Source: a virus. Taken from it: a stretch of DNA of 64,000 nt. The notes beneath the pieces are model-generated. The model saw only the letters and a program-made list of their open reading frames with translations. It was not told the DNA's origin and ran no database searches. Position numbers and translations under genes: made by a program. The stretch lies in the IMG/VR virus record IMGVR_UViG_3300032323_000894, positions 11,650 through 75,649 of that record, one strand, 5' to 3'. Positions 37,849 to 45,856 of the stretch are shown in pieces; positions within the stretch are counted from its first letter, which is position 1; every line of letters starts with the position of its first letter.

Positions 37849-38847
37849 GTGGGGCACTCAGACGAGCTACTACTGCTGTCGCTTTCTGCAAACGAAGCCC
37901 GCACGCTACTCGCACTCCGCCACCTTTCCGACCGTGACGGAAAAATTGTTGCCACGATGGAAGAGCTAGGCATACTTACCAAGTACAGCCGTGAAACTCT
38001 CCGTGTTGCCGTACGTAGTCTAGAAGACCGCGGCCTAATCACAACCAGACGTACCAAGAGAAACCTAGGTAAGTTGTACAAAAATGAGTACCAACTTATC
38101 CAAGAAAATCTGGCATCAGAAGACAAAAAGCAGGAAAATCTGGCATCACCTGCAGAGGTATTTGCACAGAAATTTCTGGCATCAACAGCTGGTACTGACG
38201 ATATAGGAGTACCTAGTACCAATAGTAAGTCAATAGTATTAAATACTACGTATTTAATACCGAGCGAGGCTCGAGAGGAAGAATTCAAGGAGGTCAAATT
38301 GGTGAACAAATGGCAGGACGACGATGACCACATTGGCGGTTTCGGTTTACTTGATGGCGAGGTGCGGGCTTCACTGAAGCCAGTGCCAGTATCCAAGCGC
38401 AACCCCAAGACCAGATGGCAGAGACCACAGGATGACTGGACTCCAGCGGATGTCGCCACAGAGTTTTCCTATCGGATGTACCAGAAGATTAACAACGCCC
38501 CTGCGATGATTAACACCGCAGAGCTACGTGGTGCTTTAGCTGCTTACCGCAAGCGTTACAACACCAACGCCACTATCGAGATGTCCGTCATGGAGAAGTT
38601 CTTTGGTGATGCTAGAATTTGGACTGACGCAAAAAAGGCCCCGCACTTCGCTCACAAAATATTTCTTCGGTTGATGACTACGGAAACCGCTAATGTTATG
38701 GATGAGCTGGGTATGAACGAGCCAGTGTCAACAGAGCCAGCACGAAGCAACTACGTTTATGCTTCCGATGGGTCCAGATTTGACAACTCAATTCCAGGCC
38801 GTGTAGATTTACAGCGGTACGAGGAAAAACTACGGAGGGTAAAATGA
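37849..38847 (+). CDS. Replication initiator-like protein with N-terminal winged HTH
   Basis: ATMEELGILTKYSRETLRVAVRSLEDRGLI HTH, internal iterons, and adjacency to a DnaC-like loader. Confidence 0.7.
   Translation: MGHSDELLLLSLSANEARTLLALRHLSDRDGKIVATMEELGILTKYSRETLRVAVRSLEDRGLITTRRTKRNLGKLYKNEYQLIQENLASEDKKQENLASPAEVFAQKFLASTAGTDDIGVPSTNSKSIVLNTTYLIPSEAREEEFKEVKLVNKWQDDDDHIGGFGLLDGEVRASLKPVPVSKRNPKTRWQRPQDDWTPADVATEFSYRMYQKINNAPAMINTAELRGALAAYRKRYNTNATIEMSVMEKFFGDARIWTDAKKAPHFAHKIFLRLMTTETANVMDELGMNEPVSTEPARSNYVYASDGSRFDNSIPGRVDLQRYEEKLRRVK
38101..38260. repeat. Putative replication origin: three 18-bp iterons plus an AT-rich inverted repeat
   Basis: CAAGAAAATCTGGCATCA (38101), CAGGAAAATCTGGCATCA (38131), CAGAAATTTCTGGCATCA (38167). 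GTATTAAATAC-TAC-GTATTTAATAC at 38236-38260. Confidence 0.7.
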
Positions 38848-39569
38848 GTTACGAACTTTCACAGCTAGACCCAATGAAGATGCATTGGCTACTTAGGACC
38901 TCAAATATTCCACGTCGTTTTATCGGAATGGATAGAGCAGACCTAGAGGCGCACGCTGGCTCCTTCCCAAAAATTATAGACAGCTGGCTAGAGCTTGTTA
39001 TGGAAAAGCAAATCATTAAGCAAATTGGTGGGCTGGGAACTACGGGTACTGGGCTACTATTTGACGGTGCCCCAGGACTAGGAAAGACAACACATGCTGT
39101 TGTTGCTGCCACAGAGCTTTTAAGGTCACTACCAGACGAAGCTAAAGAGGCAAGAGAAATTTTAGGCTTTCGCGAACAGGACTACGGTATGCACTGCCGT
39201 CCTGTCTATTACATGACCTACCCCGAGTTTTTAGCCCGTAAAAAGGCAATGTTTGATGCTGACCCAGAGACCAAGAAAGAGATGTTTTTGGAGATGGAAG
39301 GCTTCCATGGAAGAGCCAAAGAAGACCACATGAACGTCCGTGTACTGGTCCTAGACGACCTTGGAAAGGAATATAAGGGGTCTGGGTTCAATGACGCCTC
39401 ATTTGACGAAATCCTGCGTTCCAGATACGATAGAGCCCTACCAACAATTATTACTACAAACGTAATGCGTGATGATTGGGCTACGCAGTATGGTAAAGCT
39501 ATGGGTAGTTTCGCCTTCGAAGCATTCAGAAGAGTTGAGATAATAGGAGAGGACAGGCGTAAAAAATGA
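38844..39569 (+). CDS. dnaC: DnaC/IstB-like AAA+ ATPase (helicase loader)
   Basis: GAPGLGKT Walker A, LVLDDLGKE Walker B, RYDRALPTIITTN. Confidence 0.85.
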   Translation: MSYELSQLDPMKMHWLLRTSNIPRRFIGMDRADLEAHAGSFPKIIDSWLELVMEKQIIKQIGGLGTTGTGLLFDGAPGLGKTTHAVVAATELLRSLPDEAKEAREILGFREQDYGMHCRPVYYMTYPEFLARKKAMFDADPETKKEMFLEMEGFHGRAKEDHMNVRVLVLDDLGKEYKGSGFNDASFDEILRSRYDRALPTIITTNVMRDDWATQYGKAMGSFAFEAFRRVEIIGEDRRKK

Positions 39570-39874
39570 GAGGTTTAGACATGGAAATTGACTGGAGAAC
39601 AGTCCAGCTATTTTTAGATGACTCTGGTGTTTCTGAAGTAGAGATTGACGCCGAAGATTCTTCCAAAGTTAGATGCGACTGTAGGGCATTCTCTAAGTCA
39701 TCACGCTGTAAGCACACGCGCTATGTTCGCGCAGAGATGCTTCGTAACGAAGGAAATTACGCCATAAAAGTTCCTATGGATATTTCTGACGAAGAGGCTT
39801 TAGATGCCATGTCTTCTTCCGCAACTTTTAGAGAGTTTATTCTTAAGTACGGTAAGGTAGAGGTAATTGATTAA
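39566..39874 (+). CDS. SWIM zinc-finger protein
   Basis: CDC...CKH motif. Confidence 0.7.
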   Translation: MRGLDMEIDWRTVQLFLDDSGVSEVEIDAEDSSKVRCDCRAFSKSSRCKHTRYVRAEMLRNEGNYAIKVPMDISDEEALDAMSSSATFREFILKYGKVEVID

Positions 39875-40283
39875 TGGCGATATCTCCAATGAGACGTCCC
39901 CAAGAATTATCGTAGTAATAGACGTAGTCGCTAACTCAGAAATTTTTGAAGAGAAAAAGATTCTCAGGACAATAGTTGAGAGAAAAGTTGTATCGCTAAA
40001 CAATGTTGCGCTGTCAGAGCTTTGGACCGTGTCAAATAAGTACGGACTATCAGTAGAACTTGCTGGGTTTGCAGATGAGCTGTGGACACAGGGACACCTA
40101 GACAGCTTTATGGAAAGACTCGAAAGACGCGGTGGAAACCCATTTAATTACGCAGAACTATACAGCGATATAAATGAGTTCATTAGCGAGTTGCCTTACA
40201 GGACTAACCTAAAAGGCGTGGTAGATTTACGGGAGCGAATTGCAAGGTACGGTTCCTGGGGTATAGAATTAAATAATCTGTAA
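39867..40283 (+). CDS. Hypothetical protein, possibly a degenerate HAD-like fold
   Basis: GDISNE..PRIIVVID...ELPYR...VVD. Catalytic motif not intact. Confidence 0.4.
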   Translation: MINGDISNETSPRIIVVIDVVANSEIFEEKKILRTIVERKVVSLNNVALSELWTVSNKYGLSVELAGFADELWTQGHLDSFMERLERRGGNPFNYAELYSDINEFISELPYRTNLKGVVDLRERIARYGSWGIELNNL

Positions 40284-40306
40284 TAGTAACGAGGGTAGAG
40301 GGTAGA

Positions 40307-41578
40307 ATGGCGTATGACAATGAGCATCGGCTCGTCAGCAAAGTCGTAAAAGACAGAAACATAATTCCTGTTCTTGAGCAGGGAATCAAAGACGACTGGT
40401 TTGTAGATGATGACCTTAGGCGTGTCTGGAAGTTTGTACGGGACCACTATGTCAACTACAGGGAAGTCCCAACTGCCGTAACCGTTGTAGACAACTTCCC
40501 TAACTTTAAAGTCCTAGATGTCGAAGACACTATTGACTACCTAATTGACACCATAGTTGCGTTTAGACGTAGGACCATTACTCGAAACGGTATTGAGATT
40601 GTCGTCAATAAGATTGACATGAACGACCATGAGGCAGCTCTTATTGAGATGTCTAAGACAGTTTCGCTAGTCAATGAGCAAGGGGTTATAGGAACAACCC
40701 ACATAGACCTTTCTGAGAACCCAGATAAGTTCTGGGAAGACTATGAGAACGTACAGGGCAACAAGTTACTAGGAGTTCCTACAGGCTTCAAAAAGATTGA
40801 CGAAGCTACTGCTGGTCTTCAAGGCGGTCAGTTGATTACAGTTATTGCTCCACCAAAGACTGGTAAGTCACAGATTATTCTTCGTATGGCCGCCAATGTT
40901 CACGAAGCTGGAATGGTCCCTATGTTTCAGTCTTTTGAGATGACAAACCATGAGCAGGCTCAGAGGTACTTGTCTATGACTGCTCACATCAGTAACTCAA
41001 ATCTTAGAAGAGGTAAACTCGACGTAGCTGAGGAAGACAAGCTGATTGGTCAAATAGAAAAGCTAAAACAATCTAAACCGTTTCACTTGGTAGACGCTGT
41101 GAACGGTCTGACTATTGACTCTTTACTAGCAAAAGCTGAGCAACTAAACCCAGACATACTTTTTGTAGACGGCGTATACCTGATGATGGACCAAGTTACT
41201 GGAGAAGCTAACACACCTCAGGCCCTGACCAACATAACTAGGGGCCTAAAAAGATTGGCCCAGAAACTAAACATACCAATCGTAATTTCTACCCAGACAC
41301 TTCTTTGGAAGATGCGGGGCGGAAAAGTCTCTGCAGATTCAATTGGTTACTCATCCTCATTCTTCCAAGACTCGGATGTTATTTTAGGTTTAGAACCAGT
41401 TGAGGATAGTGACTACACTAGAAACTTACGTGTAGTTCAGTCTAGAAACTCCGCACCAGAAGCAACTCTAATTACTTGGATATGGGATACGGGTTGTTTC
41501 CATGACGTCCCAGATAAAAATAACCCTAGCGCCTCGTGCAAGTTCTGTGCAGTTTGGGGTACGAAACACTTATTATGA
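40307..41578 (+). CDS. dnaB: DnaB-like replicative helicase
   Basis: GVPTGF..ID, APPKTGKS, SFEM, LFVDGVYL, QDSDVILGL. Confidence 0.9.
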   Translation: MAYDNEHRLVSKVVKDRNIIPVLEQGIKDDWFVDDDLRRVWKFVRDHYVNYREVPTAVTVVDNFPNFKVLDVEDTIDYLIDTIVAFRRRTITRNGIEIVVNKIDMNDHEAALIEMSKTVSLVNEQGVIGTTHIDLSENPDKFWEDYENVQGNKLLGVPTGFKKIDEATAGLQGGQLITVIAPPKTGKSQIILRMAANVHEAGMVPMFQSFEMTNHEQAQRYLSMTAHISNSNLRRGKLDVAEEDKLIGQIEKLKQSKPFHLVDAVNGLTIDSLLAKAEQLNPDILFVDGVYLMMDQVTGEANTPQALTNITRGLKRLAQKLNIPIVISTQTLLWKMRGGKVSADSIGYSSSFFQDSDVILGLEPVEDSDYTRNLRVVQSRNSAPEATLITWIWDTGCFHDVPDKNNPSASCKFCAVWGTKHLL

Positions 41579-42555
41579 TGAATATTGACATTGAAAAGGT
41601 TTTGTTAAACCTAGGAATTGATTACGACAACAAAGGTCACGAAGCAAACGGCCTTTGTCCTATGCACAAGACTAGGACTGGAAAAGAAGACCATTCCCCA
41701 TCTTGGTGGATAAACATGGAAAGCGGACAACACATCTGCTTTTCGTGCCACTATAAGGGCAACCTTCTTCAGCTAATTTGTGATGTTAATGAGTTTTACA
41801 AAAAGGGTCTTGACGGTAATTACGTCTACGACTACAGCGCAGCAGAGCTGTGGCTATCACAAATCTCTGCGGTGTCTGTAGAGGCTCTCAAAAGCATTAT
41901 TGACAATCTACCAAACTATCTAGGTCCTGCCCCCAAGCCAGTAGCAATGTCTGAAGCTAGGCTAGCCATCTTTGATGAGCCCCCAGCCACTGCTTTAGCC
42001 TCTAGGGACATCTCTGCAGAGTCAGCTCAGAAATACGGGGTCATGTGGGACACAAAGACCAGTACTTGGATTCTGCCATTAAGAGACCCAGACGACAACA
42101 AGCTCCTTGGTTGGCAGGAAAAAGGCACTATAAATAGGACTTTTTTCAACAGGCCTACAGGGCTTACCAAGTCTAAGACCTTATTTGGGCTCCAGAATCA
42201 ATCGGAGGACCTTGTGGTAGTGGTGGAGTCTCCTTTGGACTGTTTGAGGCTGTACAGCGCTGGTGTGACCTCTGCGGTGGCAATTTGCGGGTCTTCTCCA
42301 TCGGAAACTCAAATCAAGCTACTTAGGGCCTCTGACAGGATTATCTGCGCTTTTGACAATCCCAAGCTAGATAGCGCTGGCAAAAAGGCATCAGAAGAGA
42401 TGAGGGAGTTTGCTAGGCAGTACGGCTTGAACCTGTCATTTTTCAACTATGGAGACAGCGGTAAAAAAGACCCTGGAGACATGACTGATGAAGAAATCCA
42501 GTGGGGTATTGCTAATAGCAAGTCCGCAGTCCTAGGTGAAAAGGCGTATGTTTAA
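41575..42555 (+). CDS. dnaG: DNA primase (CHC2 zinc finger + TOPRIM)
   Basis: CPMH...CFSC, VVESPLD, FDN, KDPGD. Start placed at the ATGA overlap. Confidence 0.85.
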   Translation: MMNIDIEKVLLNLGIDYDNKGHEANGLCPMHKTRTGKEDHSPSWWINMESGQHICFSCHYKGNLLQLICDVNEFYKKGLDGNYVYDYSAAELWLSQISAVSVEALKSIIDNLPNYLGPAPKPVAMSEARLAIFDEPPATALASRDISAESAQKYGVMWDTKTSTWILPLRDPDDNKLLGWQEKGTINRTFFNRPTGLTKSKTLFGLQNQSEDLVVVVESPLDCLRLYSAGVTSAVAICGSSPSETQIKLLRASDRIICAFDNPKLDSAGKKASEEMREFARQYGLNLSFFNYGDSGKKDPGDMTDEEIQWGIANSKSAVLGEKAYV

Positions 42556-44116
42556 CGGAACTTTAAAGCCGTATCAAACCGAAGCTGTCGAAAAGATGGT
42601 GGAGGTAAAGCACATTCTTGTGGCGTACGAGATGGGCTTGGGAAAGACTCCCATGACAATTGCTGCAATTGAGCAGCTCAAAGATTCTGGTGAGGCAGAG
42701 GGCACTACCCTCGTTCTCTGTCTCGCCAGTCTAAAATACCAGTGGCAAAAAGAGATTACAAAGTTCAGCGATTCCACAGCAATAGTTATTGACGGCACAC
42801 CAAAACAACGGCAATCCCAATACGACGAAGCTAGTACGCACGACTACGTAATCATGAATTATGAGCAGGTAGTCAATGATTGGGAAATTATTAAAACTTT
42901 TAAATTTGGCGCTGTGGTTTGCGATGAGGCAACCGCCATCAAAGGATTTAGGGCCAAAAGGGCCAAAAAAGTAAAAGAGTTAGCAAAGAAGATTCCAATT
43001 AGGTTTGCCTTAACAGGAACTCCCATTGAGAATGGCAAGCCTGAAGAAATCTTCTCTATCATGCAGTTTGTAGACCCAAGTGTTTTGGGAAGATTTGACC
43101 TCTTTGATAAAACGTTTATTGTACGAAACTACTATGGCGGGGTCCAGCGCTACAGAAACCTCCCAGTTCTCCACAAGATTTTGATGGAGTTCTCAGTACG
43201 CAAGGGCCAAAACGATGAAGATGTAAAGCCATACCTTCCAGACGCAATTTACCGTGAGCCAATCTTGGTTAAGTTAGACAAGGCCAGCCAAGGGCTGTAC
43301 GACATGATTGCAAAAGATTTGTACTCAATTCTAACTGACGCTAAAGAAATGTTTGGAAGTAGCTTTAACATTGCAGCCCATTATGGGCAGACCTACGACG
43401 CAAGCGACCCAGCTAACGAGCTTCGCGGTGCAGTTATGTCCCGTATTGGTGCTATGAGGATGCTGTGTTCTAGCCCCCATGTTTTAGTCAGTAGCTATAA
43501 AAACTTTGATGCTCATACAGGCAAGGGCAGTGCTTACATTCACTCCTTAGGTTCCTACTTAGAAACCCTTTCAAAGACACCCAAACTAGATGTTGCAACC
43601 CAGTACCTTAGCGAGCATCTGGACATCTCACAGGACTACAAGGTAGTCGTGTTTGCCTCCTACCTTGACTCAGTGTCAGAGATTGCTGCTAGACTAAACG
43701 CCAAAGGTTATGAAGCAGTTGAGTACACGGGAGAGATGAATGCCAAGCAAAAAGAAGAAGCCAAAGTTAAGTTTCAACTGGAAGCTGGCTGCCGTGTCTT
43801 GGTCTCTAGCGATGCTGGGGGTTATGGTGTTGATTTACCTCAAGCAAACCTCTTAGTTAACTACGACCAACCTTGGAGCGCTGGCCTTGCAGTACAAAGA
43901 AACGGAAGAATTAACAGAGCGTCGAGCACTTGGGGTACAATAACAATTCAAGATATACTTGTAAAGGATTCCATCGAACAACGCCAGTACGACATGCTAA
44001 AACAAAAAGGCAATGTTGCAGGGGCAATCTTAGATGGAGTTAATATAAACGATAAGGGCGGAGTTGACTTGACCGTCGGAAGTCTGTTAGACTTCTTAAC
44101 CAATAAGTTAATTTAG
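42548..44116 (+). CDS. SNF2-family helicase
   Basis: LKPYQ, EMGLGKT, CDEA, LTGTPIEN, GVDL, QRNGRINR. Confidence 0.9.
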   Translation: MFNGTLKPYQTEAVEKMVEVKHILVAYEMGLGKTPMTIAAIEQLKDSGEAEGTTLVLCLASLKYQWQKEITKFSDSTAIVIDGTPKQRQSQYDEASTHDYVIMNYEQVVNDWEIIKTFKFGAVVCDEATAIKGFRAKRAKKVKELAKKIPIRFALTGTPIENGKPEEIFSIMQFVDPSVLGRFDLFDKTFIVRNYYGGVQRYRNLPVLHKILMEFSVRKGQNDEDVKPYLPDAIYREPILVKLDKASQGLYDMIAKDLYSILTDAKEMFGSSFNIAAHYGQTYDASDPANELRGAVMSRIGAMRMLCSSPHVLVSSYKNFDAHTGKGSAYIHSLGSYLETLSKTPKLDVATQYLSEHLDISQDYKVVVFASYLDSVSEIAARLNAKGYEAVEYTGEMNAKQKEEAKVKFQLEAGCRVLVSSDAGGYGVDLPQANLLVNYDQPWSAGLAVQRNGRINRASSTWGTITIQDILVKDSIEQRQYDMLKQKGNVAGAILDGVNINDKGGVDLTVGSLLDFLTNKLI

Positions 44117-44129
44117 GAGAGGAAACCTG

Positions 44130-44570
44130 ATGGCTAAAAGAATTGATGAAGAAGCTCTACGCATCTCGGACCCAGACGACTTGGGTTCGCAAATTAGAGA
44201 ATTTGTATTACTAAAGGCATCCCTTGAAGTAATGGAGGCTCGTTCAAAAGAGCTTAGAGACAAACTAATGGCCCAGCTTGATACCGAAGGGTATGAAGAT
44301 GAGAAGGGAAACATTCAGTTTGACCTGCCAGAATCCGTCGAAGGAATCGTCAGGCTAGAGAAGCAGCGTCGAGTAACCAGAAAGCTTAACGAACCAAAGG
44401 CAGAAGAAATTCTGGAAGCCAACGGTTTAGAAGAAGTGTTCGAGCTTAAGAGGGTTGTAAACGAAGACGCTCTCATGGCTGCTTTCTACGAAAATAAAAT
44501 TACCGAGGATGAGCTCGACCAGATGTTTCCAGCATCAACTATCTGGGCTCTAAGAACCCTAAAGAAGTAA
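44130..44570 (+). CDS. Hypothetical coiled-coil protein
   Basis: AGGAG RBS, helical, in the replication module. Confidence 0.5.
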   Translation: MAKRIDEEALRISDPDDLGSQIREFVLLKASLEVMEARSKELRDKLMAQLDTEGYEDEKGNIQFDLPESVEGIVRLEKQRRVTRKLNEPKAEEILEANGLEEVFELKRVVNEDALMAAFYENKITEDELDQMFPASTIWALRTLKK

Positions 44571-44576
44571 TTAACT

Positions 44577-45047
44577 ATGCCAGGGATGAGAAGTGAAGAG
44601 GAGATTCTCAAAGCCTTTGAGGGTCTTGACCGCGTACCTGGCTCTAAACATAAACGACGTGAGTCAACAGAAGTTGCAGACAAACGTCGCTCAAAAGTCT
44701 TAGGCGAGTCTAATGGTTGGGATGCAAACCCCATCATAAAGACCGTCAAAGGAGTGGAGACCGAGCTGTTTACAGTCAGTGCATTTGCATCCGCACTGGA
44801 GAAAAGTTTGGTCACCATTCGTTTGTGGGAGAAGAGGGGATACATTCCTGGAGCTCCTTACCGTTTACGCTCAAAGAGTTTGAACGGCAAGAAAGTAAAT
44901 GGTAATCGTGTTTACACGCGAGAGCTCATTGAAATTGCTGTAGAAGAATTCCAAAAGCGTAAGCTGTTAGGCACTGCTCGTGTAGAGTGGCGTCACCACG
45001 CTGATTTGACCCAAGCATTAGTGCGACGGTGGAAAGAAGCAACTTAA
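44577..45047 (+). CDS. MerR-like HTH DNA-binding protein
   Basis: FTVSAFASALEKSLVTIRLWEKRGYIP...RVYT. Confidence 0.75.
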   Translation: MPGMRSEEEILKAFEGLDRVPGSKHKRRESTEVADKRRSKVLGESNGWDANPIIKTVKGVETELFTVSAFASALEKSLVTIRLWEKRGYIPGAPYRLRSKSLNGKKVNGNRVYTRELIEIAVEEFQKRKLLGTARVEWRHHADLTQALVRRWKEAT

Positions 45048-45119
45048 ATCAGGGAAACTTGATTTCTAACATATGGCACAGAGACTAAGGGTCGAAAGGC
45101 CTCGAACAGAAAGAAGAAT

Positions 45120-45776
45120 ATGGTAACACAGCCAACACTAGATGCCTCTAACTACCTCGAAGAGGATAGCGAAGATGCGCAACCAAAGCACGGAACTACC
45201 GTCCAAGCAGGATGGGGAGCTGCAGCTAAGCTACTCAAGCCAAAGGAGAAGTCTAGCGGCTACGCTACAGAGGTTAAGTTCTCTGAGAAGCCTGTACTAG
45301 TTCGTTTCCTAGAGGACGGACCATTCCATGCGTACGAACAGCACTGGATTGACCGTACTGAAGGTAAGCGTTCCTTTGTTCACTTGGGAGACGACGACCC
45401 GCTACTAGTAATTGCGGGCTCACAACCTAGAGCAAAGTTTGCCTTTAACGTATTGGTTCTATCGGAAGAAGAGCCAAACGTGCAGATTCTAACTGCCCCA
45501 ATTACCCTTGCCAGAATTTTGTTTGCGGCTCACGAAGACCCTAAGCGTGGACCACTAACTAAGTTTGACTGGTCAATTACTAGACTAGGAAAGGGCAAAG
45601 AAACTCAGTACATTGTTGACCGAGTTCGTCGCGACACTGACCTAGTTGAGGATTGGGAGCTTGACCCAGAAAAGATTGCAGAAATTGCAGCAACCGCTGT
45701 TAAGTATGACAAGTCAGCAATCTACGTGAGTACTCGCGAGGAGCACCTAGAGGTAGCTCGTTCACTCGTAAAGTAA
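45120..45776 (+). CDS. ssb: Single-stranded DNA-binding protein (T4 gp32-like)
   Basis: VRFL, HWI, FAFNVLV, ITRLGKGKETQY. Located directly before polA. Confidence 0.65.
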   Translation: MVTQPTLDASNYLEEDSEDAQPKHGTTVQAGWGAAAKLLKPKEKSSGYATEVKFSEKPVLVRFLEDGPFHAYEQHWIDRTEGKRSFVHLGDDDPLLVIAGSQPRAKFAFNVLVLSEEEPNVQILTAPITLARILFAAHEDPKRGPLTKFDWSITRLGKGKETQYIVDRVRRDTDLVEDWELDPEKIAEIAATAVKYDKSAIYVSTREEHLEVARSLVK

Positions 45777-45788
45777 CTCTTTACACTT

Positions 45789-45840
45789 GAGGGGGCCAGG
45801 CGATTTCCCTCCTCTCTTCTCTCCTGGCCCCCTCTATTTT
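45789..45840 (+). terminator. Stem-loop terminator with a large pyrimidine-rich loop
   Basis: GAGGGGGCCAGG / CCTGGCCCCCTC 12-bp stem, 22-nt loop, then TATTTT. Confidence 0.7.
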
Positions 45841-45856
45841 ACTTTGAGAGGTAAGC

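Noticed and set aside
45080-45112. Hammerhead ribozyme or c-di-GMP riboswitch upstream of ssb
   Set aside because: GAAA loops are present, but the CUGAnGA core and the GEMM consensus are absent.
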